Shown: positions 35,802-48,455 of the stretch, piece after piece
Layout of the letters: each line of letters starts with the position of its first letter
Numbering within the stretch: position 1 is the stretch's first letter
NCBI GenBank assembly: GCA_000004695.1
Contig: CM000151.3
Span: forward strand, 416,001-480,000
Length of the DNA: 64,000 bases
Origin: Dictyostelium discoideum
Taxonomy: Eukaryota
Reading direction: 5' to 3'
Position numbers and translations under genes: made by a program
Notes under the pieces: model-generated
Told to the model about the DNA's origin: nothing
Database searches by the model: none
Seen by the model: the letters and a program-made list of their open reading frames with translations, nothing else

Positions 35802-38753
35802 TTATTGAATTAAATAAAAGAGAATTGAAATAATAGTAATTAATATGAATAATGATGATGATGATGATGATGATGATAGTTTTGAGCTATCACTATTATT
35901 TTTATTATTATTATCATCATTTCCTTTATACACATCAATATCAACATCAAATTCAATTAATTTACTATTGAATATCATTTTTAAACCTATTGAATCTTGA
36001 TCAATTATTGCTTTTGAAGTACATAGATAAAAACCAGTACCGTTAGAAATATTAATTTTATTTGTACTTTCCAAGTTAGCAATACATTGTAATTTACATT
36101 TAATAGCTCTTCGAGAACCATTTGGAAGAACTATACTTGCATCCATTGAATCAGTGAAACCAATACCACTAAGTTTAATTGAAAATCCATCTTTATCATT
36201 TTTAACTTGGTTGATTTTTGTGACATTTGGATCTGAATGATTTAAAATTACATTTGAAAGTACTAAATTTGGACCAATATAAACTGATACATTAAATGGA
36301 GTATATGAAATTTGAGGTGATGAAACTAATAAAACGTCATCAGTTGAATTTGCTAATTTTCTAGTTTCTTTATTATTAACTAATACCTTAACTTTATTTT
36401 CATTTAGTTTTGTTATGAATCTATTACCAGAAATTAAAAGTATACCATTACAATCATTATTAATTACTTTTTTAACTATTGGTGGTAGGGTTGAATTAAA
36501 TCCTGAAAGCAAATTATTTTCATCGACAACCATTTCAATTGGACCATTATTAAATGAATCATTATTTCTAATTTGAAATTGATTATTATTTAATAATTGA
36601 ATTTTTGAAGTGATATTAACATCATTATAATATACTTGAATCACTTTTTCAGAATTACCAAAATTATTACCATTGATTGTAATCATATCTTTTTTAGCTG
36701 AAATTGTTAAAAAATTAATAATTGGTTGTGCATATGAAAATTGATTATTTAATACAAGTGAATTATAATTTAATATATAATCTTTATTAATACCAGTACC
36801 AGATGGCATTTGACAAGTTGTTATATATTTATTTTTTGATGATACCGGAATTGAACATTGAATTGATTTTCTGGAACTATTAATAAATATATTTGGAATA
36901 ATTTGTTCATTGAATGGATAAGTAATATAGTAAATTCCAATTTCTAATTTACCATTTTCAGTTGTTGGATTACTAATTGAATTAATTTTTAATGATGGTA
37001 ATGTAGACATTGAAATTGGTATTGAATTACTTAAAATATTATTACGGTTTATTGTGATATTAAATAATTTAAATTTTAATAATGGTAATTCAAATGTTAA
37101 ACTTTTTTCATCATTTGAAACTTCAAACTTATCAATTAAAATCTTTTCATCTATACCAATACCAGTGATTTCAATAATTGAATCATTTGATCCTCTACCA
37201 ATATTAGTACCATTTAATAATACTATACTACCATTTAATAAAATTGCATTATTTAATGATGGTACATTATATGTAAATGTATTATTATTACTAACAGAAT
37301 CACAACCATCAAATGTAATAATAATTGGTAAATTTGAACCACCTTGATTTGCAGGACCCAATATACATTGAATTTCAGTTTGATTTGAGGTAATGTTTTT
37401 ACAAAATAAATCACCAATTTTAACAGTTGGCATAGATGAATATAAAAATGAACCTTTAATTGTAACAATACCACCATCATAATATGTAATTGAATTTACT
37501 GAAGTGATAGATGGAGGATAAAAACAATAAATAAAATTCTTTTCCATTGAAACATCATTTACTTTAATATTAATTGACATTTGACCTGATTCAACTCTTC
37601 TATAATTACTAACAATAATTTGTGTATGATCTCTATTAATTATGAAATTATTTTGTTTAACACCATCAAAATAGATTTCTTGAACTTTAAAAGCATTAAG
37701 ATAGAAATTATAACCATCTATGAATACATCTGAATATTTTTGATTATAACTGACCATTGTAATTATTGGTGGTGCATATGAAAAATTTTGATAATATAAA
37801 TAGTTAAAAGTAATTAATTTTGATGAACCAGAACCTGCTGGAAAACTTACTGTGAGATTACTAACATCAAATAAGGGATCATCGAAATTACCTTTAATAA
37901 TTGCATATGAAAATAGAGAAGGTTGTGGAGGAGCTGTTACTCTAATATAGTTCATTATATTCGGTTTTGGATCACTTACATAATCTTCATATAGAAATCT
38001 TAAATAACTACCAGTGATAATAATCTCATCACCTTGTGTTGAAGGGAGTTTATTAAATTTAAATATTGGTTTTGGAGTTAATTTTGATCCAATATAGAAA
38101 TTATTACAATCTTCCCAAGGTATTGAAAAATGTCTGACACATACTCTGCTTGATGAGCTACCCCATAATCTATTAATTGGTTGTTCAGATTTGAATACAC
38201 AGTATCTAGTTTGATTAATAATTGTATCACAATCGAAATAATTATTTGAATAGTTTGATATTGGTTTATCATTATTGTACATAATAAATCTTGTAAAATA
38301 ACATTCTTCACTAGTAGTATCAAAAGTATAAACTAAAGAAGTTTCATTATAAATTATATCTTTTACTGGTCCAATTCTAAGTTTTTTATCATTTGGAGGT
38401 AAAACAGATGGTGATCCAGTCATTGAAAGATTTTTAACTAATGTATCATTAATAAGCTTAAATGTAACAGTAAATTTTTGATTTACCAATGATGGTGGTA
38501 ATTTAAAAGTCATTTTCATCTCGTTGATTGATCCTTTAAATTCACTGATTTTATAAAATTGTCCATTACTATCATTTAATTCAATAATTGTTTTGTTTTC
38601 ATTTCCAAGATCAAAACCATGTATTTCAACAATACCATTTGGTAAATAAAATCCAGTGTCCAATTGAAGTCCTGAAATTATTGTAAAATGATTAAAAAAA
38701 GATAAAGAAATTAAAAATAATAAAATAATTTTATATTTAGTTTTAGAAAACAT
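35802..38753 (-). CDS. Secreted cell-surface protein (983 aa) with signal peptide, repeated IPT/TIG-like beta-sandwich modules, Ser-rich stalk and C-terminal hydrophobic anchor (SSSSSSSSLFILITIISILFYLIQ). Possibly a Tgr-like adhesion/recognition family member.
   Basis: MFSKTKYKIILLFLISLSFFNHFTIISG signal. Repeats such as PPSITSVNSITYYDGGIVTIKGSFL... and ...SISAKKDMITINGNNFGN... resemble the IPT/TIG 'P.I..i.P..G...GGT.itI.G.nF' consensus. Many N-glycosylation sequons. Confidence 0.7.
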   Translation of the reverse strand: MFSKTKYKIILLFLISLSFFNHFTIISGLQLDTGFYLPNGIVEIHGFDLGNENKTIIELNDSNGQFYKISEFKGSINEMKMTFKLPPSLVNQKFTVTFKLINDTLVKNLSMTGSPSVLPPNDKKLRIGPVKDIIYNETSLVYTFDTTSEECYFTRFIMYNNDKPISNYSNNYFDCDTIINQTRYCVFKSEQPINRLWGSSSSRVCVRHFSIPWEDCNNFYIGSKLTPKPIFKFNKLPSTQGDEIIITGSYLRFLYEDYVSDPKPNIMNYIRVTAPPQPSLFSYAIIKGNFDDPLFDVSNLTVSFPAGSGSSKLITFNYLYYQNFSYAPPIITMVSYNQKYSDVFIDGYNFYLNAFKVQEIYFDGVKQNNFIINRDHTQIIVSNYRRVESGQMSINIKVNDVSMEKNFIYCFYPPSITSVNSITYYDGGIVTIKGSFLYSSMPTVKIGDLFCKNITSNQTEIQCILGPANQGGSNLPIIITFDGCDSVSNNNTFTYNVPSLNNAILLNGSIVLLNGTNIGRGSNDSIIEITGIGIDEKILIDKFEVSNDEKSLTFELPLLKFKLFNITINRNNILSNSIPISMSTLPSLKINSISNPTTENGKLEIGIYYITYPFNEQIIPNIFINSSRKSIQCSIPVSSKNKYITTCQMPSGTGINKDYILNYNSLVLNNQFSYAQPIINFLTISAKKDMITINGNNFGNSEKVIQVYYNDVNITSKIQLLNNNQFQIRNNDSFNNGPIEMVVDENNLLSGFNSTLPPIVKKVINNDCNGILLISGNRFITKLNENKVKVLVNNKETRKLANSTDDVLLVSSPQISYTPFNVSVYIGPNLVLSNVILNHSDPNVTKINQVKNDKDGFSIKLSGIGFTDSMDASIVLPNGSRRAIKCKLQCIANLESTNKINISNGTGFYLCTSKAIIDQDSIGLKMIFNSKLIEFDVDIDVYKGNDDNNNKNNSDSSKLSSSSSSSSLFILITIISILFYLIQ

Positions 38754-39107
38754 TGTTTTTTAAATAATTTATATATAAAATTGAAAAATTATATTTTTAA
38801 AAAATTGAAAATATAATGAAAAAAAATAATTTATATGTAGTAAAATTATAAAAAAAAAAAAATATATTTTATAATAATAATTTTTAACTTTTGTTTATTA
38901 TTTTTTATTTTTAGATTTTGTTTACACCCACTCTGTGTTTTAAAAGTGACATTTTCATTTTTTTTTACGTGTGAAAAATACGGGGTGTTGTTTAAAATAA
39001 TTATAGTTTGACAATTCATTTTTTTATTTTTACATTATTTTTTTAATCTGAAAAAAAACCCAAATATTAAAAAAGCTATATCTTTATATCATTTTCAAAA
39101 AATAATA

Positions 39108-39144
<37 letters not shown>

Positions 39145-39397
39145 TTTATTGACGAAATTTTGGGTTAAAAAAAAAAAAAAAAAAAAAAAAATCAACCTCT
39201 AATTTATTTGTTACATTAACTTCGATCAGACATTATAAAATTAATTTAAATAATCCTTATTTTTTAATAACAGATTTACCCAAAAATCGTATAGTACAAG
39301 TTAAAAAATTAATTCAAATAAATAAAATATCCACTACATATGTGGAAAGTCTGACTTTTTATTTTTTTTTTTTTTATTTTTTATTTTTTTTATTTTT

Positions 39398-42300
39398 TTA
39401 AACATTAATATTATTCCAAGTAAATTTATTTAATTCTTGATTATCTTTTGAACCTAAAACTGTTGTATAATTATTTTGATTATTGAATAAATATTTTGTA
39501 GCGATTTCTTCTAATTTTGGTTTAGTTATTGATAATAAATTATTTCTTCTAGTTTGTTTCATTTCATTTGTGATATCTCTCATCCATTCACCAACACCTT
39601 TATTTGAAGGTGATTCAGGTGAATCGAAATCTGAAAATATTGAAAGTTGAGCATTTTCAATATTTTCTAAAGTGATTTTATTATTTAATGACCATTGAAT
39701 TGATTGATCAAAAGCGTCTAAAGTTTTAATTAAATTTGGATCTCTATAAGAGTAGAATGAGATGACGCCACTATCAACACTTGAACCACCACCATAGGCA
39801 CCACCCTTCTCTCTAATCTCTTTATGAAGGAATTCTGATAAAACTTTAGTTAAAATTTGAATTGGTGCTGAATCAACATGAGTATATGGTACAGCTTGAT
39901 AAGTCTTTGAAATATAATTAACAGTTGCTGGAATTGGGAAAAAGTTTAATCTACTACTATTTGTAATTTCTTCATTAGCATTATCTAATGAATTTACAAT
40001 TATTGGTGTATTTTTATTTGAAAATGGTTTTAAAAAGTTTGATAAATTATTTTCAAGATTTGAAATATTCTCTTTTTCAGTGGTAATTAAACATTTCATT
40101 AAGGAACGATCAAGAATGAATTCATTTATTGCTAAAAGTTTATTAATTAATGAATTGATATCATTTGAGGAGACTATTTCATTGATTAATCTAACTTGTG
40201 ATAAACCACTCCATTGCTCAGATAATTGAGCAGCTCTAGAGAATTTTGAAGAACTTAATATCTTTGCATATGATAAACCACTTGATGGAATACCTTCAAT
40301 TACTGAAGCTTGTTTTTGATTTAATAAATTCTTTAAAAGGTCTGGATTATTCCATTTATTCTCTAATAGAATCTTTTGTAATAATGAAAACATTTTCAAA
40401 AGATTATTATTCAATGCTGCACCTTTAATATAAATTCTCTCTTGAGTATAATCCAAATCACTATGACCCATAGTAATCAATGGTGAAACACTGAATTTAC
40501 CAATATGTAAATTAATTTCAGTATCCAATTGTTTATGATCAAATTCTGCAGCACCCATTTCATCAATTAATGAACAGAATATTGGTACGTATGGTTTCAA
40601 TTTTGGATCCATTGAGGAGATATCAATTGTACTTCTAAAATAACTAATACCATTTGTTGGTAAATCTAAAATACGTAATGGTACACCGTCACCATTGGTC
40701 ATTGATAATTTTGTATCGATATGGTCTATTTTAGATTGCTGTTTTTCAATATCACATATATTAATCTTTGGTAATACTGAAACATCTTGAATTTGATTTT
40801 GTCTAAATTGTAAATCTTTTGCAACTTCTATAATCTCTTTAGTTTGTTCTGGTGTTAATTCTGATTTAATTCTTTCCAATTTCTGCAATTCCTTTTCTTG
40901 TTCCTCTTTTTGAAGATTTTCGTCATTCTCCATTGTGATGTAAAGTCTATGAGGATTGTTTAAAAGTTCTTTAATTTTAGTTTCAAAGAAACCACCTTTT
41001 TCAAGCTCCTTTCTGAGTTTAGCAATTGCCTCATTTAAAAACAATGGATCTACAGGGTCACCACCGTGAATCCAATTCGATGATAATGAACCAACAAGTT
41101 TTAAACCAAATGAAGCTGAAACATCCTTTTGAGCAAATTCATATTGATGTAAAATCGATTCAATCACATCTGAAGCGAACCCATCACGTGATGATTTCTC
41201 CAATGTCTCTATGATTACTTTTTCAACTTTTTCTAAATCCTCTTTTTTAATACCAATACCACCAACACTAAAACTTGATTCTAATAAACCATCATCGAAA
41301 CCTGTATTTGGTGAATAATCTAAAACTAATCCACTCTCTAATAATGCTTGATACATTGGTGTATTTGATCCTCTTAATAATAAATTTGATAACATATGTA
41401 ATGATAATGATTCAAATAAATCTTTATTCTCTTTATGTAAAATTGAAATTGAAAATTTAAATTTCTTTTCAGGATTAACATCCACTTTGATAAAGGTAAA
41501 AAAAAAAAAAAAATATTAATAAATATTAATAAATATATTTATATATATATATATATATATAACTTACTTGCTGATGGTGGACATTTTAAATAAATTCTTT
41601 TAGATTCTGACCAACGTTTAACTTTATTAACAGTTGTATTAATATTATTTGAATTATTTTTAAATTTTGATAATGAATTATCATTTATAAATTTTAAATG
41701 ATTAATTGGATTTAAATCACCATAGGAAAAGAAATAAGAATTTGAAGGATGATAATGATTTGAATGAAAATCTTTTAATTGTTGGTAAGTTAATGATGGG
41801 ATATCGTTTGGTTCGCCACCACTATTGTGGGAATAGGTGGTGCCAGGATAAAGATGTTGTTGTGAGATTTCGGCATAGAATGACGATGGGTCCGATAGGG
41901 CACCTTTCATCTCATTGAATACGATTCCTTTGAATTTCAATGGCGATTGTGGGTTCTCCATTTGCTCGAATTCCAATCTGTGTCCTTCTTGACGGAAATC
42001 TTGTTCACTCAAGTTTGGGAAAAATGTAGCATCTAAATAAACTGATAATAAATTATAATAGTCTTTTGGATCCTGTGTGCCGAATGGGTAGGATGTGTGG
42101 TCTGGTGCTGTCCATGCATTCATATAGGTGTTTAACGAACGTTTTAGCATATTGAAGAATGGGTCCCTAACAGGGTATTTCTTGCTACCACATAATGTAG
42201 TGTGCTCTAAAATATGTGCTACACCTGTTGAATCTTTTGGTATGGTTTTAAATGTCACACTAAAAACATTATTTGTATCTTCACAATCTATATGTAAATA

Positions 42301-42453
42301 TTTTGCACCTGTTTCTATATGTTCAAATTGATATGTTTTAAATTGTCTCTCTGGTACTTCTCTAATTTTTATAACTTTAAATCCATGAATTTCATCACCA
42401 ATTTTTAAATTTAATTTATTTCTATCTGAAAAAAAAAATATATATTATTAATA

Positions 42454-42502
<49 letters not shown>

Positions 42503-42761
42503 CACCTTTTCCTCTTTTTATATCTTTAAAAATATCTTGATTGTCAAAAACATAGGTTTGATTTGGTTTTAATGTTGTATTGGTTTGAGGTGAAGAAATA
42601 AAAGATCTTTTATCTAAATTATTATTATTATTATTATTAAATAATGATGATGAAGATGAAGATGATGATGATGATACTTTTAAACCATGTGATGTCACTC
42701 TATTATTAATTGAATTTACACATGGTTTAATTGTTTTTATATTTTTACACAATCTTATCAT
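39398..42761 (-). CDS. Presequence protease (PreP/pitrilysin-like M16C zinc metallopeptidase), mitochondrial. Three exons: 42761..42506, 42425..41568, 41484..39398.
   Basis: Inverted zinc motif HILEH in ...VAHILEHTTLCGSKKYPVRDPFFNMLKRSLNTYMNAWTAPDHTSYPF. Colinear with human PITRM1 through ...YRDPN...HKEIREKGGAYGGG. Exon 1 looks like a targeting peptide (MIRLCKNIKTIKPC...). Donors: GTGAAA at 42505 (atypical, moderate confidence) and GTAAGT at 41567. Acceptors: ttcag|42425 and tcaaag|41484. The ORF-track 'M' at 41485 is a GTG codon. Confidence 0.85.
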
Positions 42762-43082
42762 TTTTATTGATAATAATGAAATAAAATAAATAAAAAAAAA
42801 AAAAAAAAATTAAAAATTAAAAATTAAAACCTAAAATTTGAAAAAAAAAATAAAAATAAAAAAAAAAATGAAAATAAAATAAAAATGAAAATAAAAAAAA
42901 ATGAAAAAACGAAAAACGAAAAAGGAATAAAATTTCTTTCTTTTTTTTTTTTTTTATAAACAAATATTTAAATATTTATAAAAAAAAAAAGAATTAAAAA
43001 AAGAAATAAAAAAAAAAAAAAAAAGATAAATTTATTGAGAGTTTATTAATTTTTTTTAACTTTTTTTAATCAGCATATTTTA

Positions 43083-44118
43083 AAGTTATATTTTTTGGAA
43101 TTTGGAAAGGAATAATTGTTTGTTTTATTTTTCTTTGAATTATAATTTCAGATACATATTTAGGAATTGAATCAATAGTTAATTGTTGTTTTATATCACA
43201 TATTTCTAAGGTTTTGACACCTTCTGGTATTATACCGCAGGTTAATTTATTGGTTGAAATCCCATTCTAAATAAAATAAAACAATCTTACAAGTTTTGGA
43301 AATTGAATGAAAGGTAAATTCTTGTTTTTATATCACATTAAAAACAAAAAATACAACACCTTCTGGTAATATACCCTGCAGGTTTTTTTTTGATTGAATC
43401 CATTTAATAAATAAACAGCCTTTACAGAGTTGGGAATTGAATCAATAGTTAAATCTTGTTTTATATCACCTAAAAATAAGTTCTGAACACCTTCTGGTAA
43501 TATACCTTCAGATAATTTTTCTTTGAATCCATCTAAAAGCATTACATGACGAGGTATACTTTTTAAACTATTTATTCCTTTACAATTATTTTCTAAATGC
43601 AATACCATTTCTATAATTGTTATAATTTTTTAGAAATGAATGATTCTCTGAATAAATGTAATATTTTCTTGAAAAAACTAAATAATATATATATATATAA
43701 GTTAGCATTTTACAAAGTTATTAAATTAATTGATCGATATGATTATACATACATTTTATAATTAAATCATTTTCCTCCAATTCTATTATAAAATTGCGTT
43801 GGGAAATAACTTTATTCAATCTAACACTAGAATTATTATTTAAAAAATCAATAATATTATTATTACTATTATTATTATTTAATGAATAAATTAGTTTTAA
43901 ATTATCTTTTATATTATTAATTATATGATTATGGAAATCAATGGTCTGATTGTTGTATTCTTTTAACATATTTATAATATCAATACTATTATTATTAATT
44001 ATTTAATAATGTCAACGATTGGTGATATTTAATAATTATTTCAAATGTATTTCCATCTATTGAATAATTTTTAAAATCATTTTTCTTTTTGATAAAATCA
44101 TTTATTTTATCAATAATT

Positions 44119-44198
<80 letters not shown>

Positions 44199-44684
44199 GT
44201 TATTATTAATTATTGGTGATAGTATTTCAATATCATTATTTAATGATGAATTTAAAGTTTCATTTATTAATTGATTATTTTCAAATGTTGGTGTTAATTG
44301 TTTTTTAATATCTAATTCGATTTTTGAGAGTATATCATGAATTTTTTTAAATTCTTTTGTTACTAAATCATTATTATTGTTATATTGTAATTGAATTTTA
44401 TTGAAGGTTTTATTTGATTCATTTAAAATAAATTGATCATTCCCTATTCTATCAATTATTTTTGGATATATATTATCTTTAAAATTATTCATTAATAAAT
44501 TAATTTCTTTTGTTGATGATCCATCGATTTGATTGAATTTATGACCATGATGTTTATTATTTATTGAAATACATTCAATACAACATGGAATAAAATTACA
44601 ATCTAAACATAAAACCATTAAATCCTTTTTTGTATGTATTATACATTTAGTATTATTAAAATTTTCACTCTCTTTTGATATCAT
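43083..44684 (-). pseudogene. B-box zinc-finger + FNIP-repeat gene, tandem copy 1. The B-box/coiled-coil part is intact (44684..43995). There is a 4-bp frame-disrupting difference near 43985-43995 relative to copy 2. The FNIP repeat array is mostly lost or degenerate (43085-43610).
   Basis: MISKESENFNNTKCIIHTKKDLMVLCLDCNFIPCCIECISINNKHHGHKF has the B-box C/H spacing. The 'aataattaataataatag' insertion is the 4-bp difference. FNIP-like units (GILPEGVQNLFLGDIKQDLTIDSIPNSVKAVYLLNGFNQK) are present in only ~2 copies, followed by a decayed repeat. Confidence 0.55.
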
Positions 44685-44719
44685 TTTGTGTTGTAACTGC
44701 TTTGGTTGTAAATCAAAAA

Positions 44720-44751
<32 letters not shown>

Positions 44752-44760
44752 CTCTTTATT

Positions 44761-44810
44761 TTTTAAAAATTTTGAGATTTAACAAGATTTCAAATTTGGT
44801 TTTTTTTTTT
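44761..44810 (-). promoter_or_regulatory. Conserved ~50-bp 5'-proximal element (core TTTGAGATTTAACAAGATTT) upstream of the B-box/FNIP copy 1 start. Paralogous copies at 47901-47950 and 48475-48525.
   Basis: Three near-identical copies, each 20-90 bp 5' of a unit's start (minus-strand genes) and embedded in otherwise unalignable poly-A/T sequence. Confidence 0.5.
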
Positions 44811-45459
44811 TTATTTATTCTTTTTTTTTTTTTTTTATTTTATTTCCAACAACATTTACTATTTATAAAAAAAAAAAAATAAAAAATAAAAAAAAAAAAA
44901 AAGAAATAAAATAAAAAAAAAAAATTTTAAAGAAAGAAAGAAAAAAAAAAAGTTGGTAATAAGTCCCAAAATTACCATAATAATTTCAGCCAGTTATTAG
45001 GCTGTATGGCTGCTGAAAATTACCATATTAATTTTGGCATGTGACAAATAAGATAAAAAAAAAGTATTAGAAAATTATAAATTGAAACAAATACAAAATA
45101 AAATGAAATCATTTAACAAAAAGAAATAAAAAAAAAAAAAGTTAAAAAAAAAAAAACAAGTATTAGAAACAAATGATAAAAATTTAAAACAAAATCAAAT
45201 GAAAAAAAAAAAAAAAATAAGTGTTATTGTCATTTAGATGCCAAGGAAATTAAAAATCTTAATTAAAAATCGAATACCAAAATTTATTTTTAAACAAAAT
45301 TTTATTAATAATTTATTAACTGAATGGTTAATTCTAATGTTGAGTAATATTTATTATTAAAAATGAAAAAATGAAAAAGGAATTTCATTTAATTTGAATT
45401 ATGTGAAAAGGATTTAGAATAAATTTATTTATTGAGAGTTTATTAATTTTTTATACTTT

Positions 45460-47048
45460 TTAATTATCTAAATATTTCAAAGTTATATTTTTTGGAATTT
45501 GAAATGGAATAATTGTTTGTTTTTGTTTCATTGGAATTATAATTTCACATACTGATTTAGGAATTGAATCAATAGTTAATTGTTTTATATCACATATTTC
45601 TAAGATTTTGACACCTTCTGGTATTATACCGGCGGTTAATTTTTGGTTGAATCCATCTAATAAATTAACATACTTTACAGATTTAGGAATTGAATCAATA
45701 GTTAGCTCTTGTTTTATGTCACCTAAAAACAAATTTTCCACACCTTCTGGTAATATACCTGCAGTTAATTTATGCTTGAATCCATCTAATAAATAAACAG
45801 ACTTTACAGATTTAGGAATCGAATCAATAGTTAAATCTTGTTTTATATCATATAAAGACAAATCTTCAATACCTTCTGGCAATATACCTGCAGTTAATTT
45901 TTGCTTGAATCCATCTATTAAATGAACAGAATTCACAGATTTAGGAATTGAATCAATAGTTAAATCTAGTTTTATATCACCTAAACTTAAAAAATTAACA
46001 CCTTCTGGTAATATACCTGCAGTTAATTTTTGGTTGAATCCATCCAATAAATAAACAAACTTTACAGAGCTAGGAATTGAATGAATAGTTAAATCTTGTT
46101 TTATATCACCTAAAAACAAAAATACAACACCTTCTGGTAATATACCTGCAGTTAATTTTCGATTGAATCCATTTAATAAATAAACAAACTCTACAGAGTT
46201 AGGAATTGAATCAATAGCTAAATCTTGTTTTATATCACCTAATAACAAATTTTTAACACCATCTGGTAATATACCTGCAGTTAATTTTTGATTGAATCCA
46301 TCTAATAAATAAACAGACTTTACAGAGCTAGGAATAGAATTAATAGTTAATTCTTGTTTTATATCACCTAAAAATAATCTATGAACACCTTCTGGTAATA
46401 TACCTTCAGATAATTTTTCATTGAACCCATCTAAAAGCATTACATTTAGAGGTATACTTTTTAAACTAGTTATACCTTTACAATTATTTCTAAATGCAAT
46501 ACCATCTTTATCATTGTTATAATTTTTTAGAAATGAGTGATTCTCTGAATAAATGTAATATTTTCTTGAAAGAACTAAATAATATATAAGTAAAGTTATT
46601 TAAATAATTAATCGATATGATCATATACATACATTTAAATATTAAATTATTTTCTTCTGATTCTATTATAAAATTACATTTGAAATTTTTGAAAATAACT
46701 TTATTAACTCCAATAATAAAATTAATAAAATTAATTTCATAATTATTATTATTATCATTATTTAAAAAGTCAGTAATATTATTATTATTATAGTTATTAT
46801 TATTATTATTTTTTAATGAATAAATTAGTTTTAAATTTTCTTTTATATTATTAATTAAATGATTATCGAAATCAATGGTCTGATCGTTGTATTCTTTAAA
46901 CATATTTATAATATCGATACTATTATTATTATTTAATAATGTCAATGATTGTTGATATTTTTTAATAATTTCAAATGTTTTTCCATCTATTGAATAATTT
47001 TCAAAATCATTTTTATTTTTGATAAAATCATTTATTTTATCAATAATT

Positions 47049-47137
<89 letters not shown>

Positions 47138-47289
47138 ATTAATTTGATCATTTTTGAAATCATTATTATCAACGTATATATGATTGTTATCATCAATTGA
47201 TGGATGAAAAAATGATTGAATTTGAAAAAGAACATCTGCTATTGGTCTTTCTTCAAGTTGTGATTTACCAATTGATAAATTATTATTAA

Positions 47290-47349
<60 letters not shown>

Positions 47350-47813
47350 ATAGTATTTCAATATCATTATTTATTGATGAATTTAAAGTTTCATTTATTA
47401 ATTGATTATTTTCAAATGTTGTTGTTAATTGTTTTTTAATATCAAAATCAATGATTGAGAGTATATCGTGAATTTTTTTAAATTCTTTTGTTACTAAAAC
47501 ATTATTATTGTTATATTGTAACTGAATTTTGTTATAAGTTTTATTTGATTCATTTAAAATAACTTCATTATTGCCTATTCTATCAATTATTTTGAAAATA
47601 TATTTCTTTAAAATTATTCATAAATAAAATAATCTCTTTTGGTGGAGAATCATCGATTTGTTTGAATTTATGACCATGATGTTTATTATTTATTGAAATA
47701 CATTCAATACAACATGGAATAAAGTTACAATCTAAACATAAAAGTATTAAATCCTTTTTTGTATGTATTATACATTTAGTATTTTTAAAATTATCATTCT
47801 CTTTTGATATCAT
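45460..47813 (-). pseudogene. B-box zinc-finger + FNIP-repeat gene, tandem copy 2. B-box exon (ATG 47813), poly-Asn coiled-coil middle, then ~14 FNIP repeats (46440..45460). There is a 2-bp difference relative to copy 1 at ~47600-47640, so the B-box ORF stops early (…[11 protein letters not shown]). It is probably a frameshifted pseudogene, unless a homopolymer read error.
   Basis: ORFs 47583..47897, 46517..46945 and 45460..46440 are colinear with copy 1. The FNIP consensus (..GILPEGV.nLfLGDIKQdLtIDSIP.SVk.VyLLDGFNQKLTA) is read from 45460..46440 with a 132-bp DNA periodicity. Confidence 0.55.
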
Positions 47814-47855
47814 TTTGTGTTGTAACTGCTTAAAAAAAAAAAAAAAAAAAAAAAT

Positions 47856-47894
<39 letters not shown>

Positions 47895-48184
47895 CATAAT
47901 CTTTTAAAAATTTTGAGATTTAACAAGATTTAGATTTGGTTTTTTTTTTTTTTTATTTCTTTTTATTTATTTATTTTTTTCCAATAACAATTTTTTTTTG
48001 CAAAAAACAAAAACAAATAATAAAAAGAAAGAAATTAAAAAAAAAAAAAAAAAAAAAATAAATAATAAAAAGAAAAAAAAAAAGTTTTGGAAAATTAATT
48101 GGAAAACACTAAATTTCATTTAATTTGGATTATATAAAAAGGATATAGAATAAAATTTTTTATTGATGGTTAATTAATTTTTTT

Positions 48185-48455
48185 ATCTTTTAATCTAAAC
48201 ATTTTAAAGTAATATTTTTTGGAATTTGGAAAGGAATAATTGTTTGTTTTAGTTTTCTTTGTTCACATACAGATTTTGGAATTGAATCAATTTTTAATTT
48301 TTGTTTTATATCACATATTTCTAAGATTTAAACACCTTCTGGAATTATGCCTTTAGTTAATTTTTGGTTGAATCCATCTTATAAATTAAAATACTTTACA
48401 GATTTTGGAATATAATCAATAGTTAAATCTTGTTTAATGTCACCTAAAAATTCAG
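48185..48455 (-). pseudogene. Truncated third copy of the B-box/FNIP unit. Only the 3' end and ~2 degenerate FNIP repeats remain. They are fused directly to the conserved 5' element (48477-48505). The B-box and middle region are deleted.
   Basis: 48150-48350 aligns with the 3' ends of copies 1 and 2 (…ttttggaatttggaaaggaataattgtttg…atcacatatttctaagatt…caccttctgg). No ORF longer than ~40 codons. Confidence 0.45.

Noticed and set aside
41484-41486. Apparent ATG start of ORF 39398..41485.
   Set aside because: The codon at 41485-41483 is GTG, an ORF-finder alternative start. The genuine ATG codon in the protein is created by splicing, A from exon 2 plus TG of exon 3.
45460-46440. Highly regular 66/132-bp repeats interspaced with variable sequence, superficially CRISPR-array-like.
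   Set aside because: They are in-frame coding FNIP repeats of a eukaryotic gene. There are no cas genes, no leader and no unique spacers, and the 'spacers' are conserved codons.
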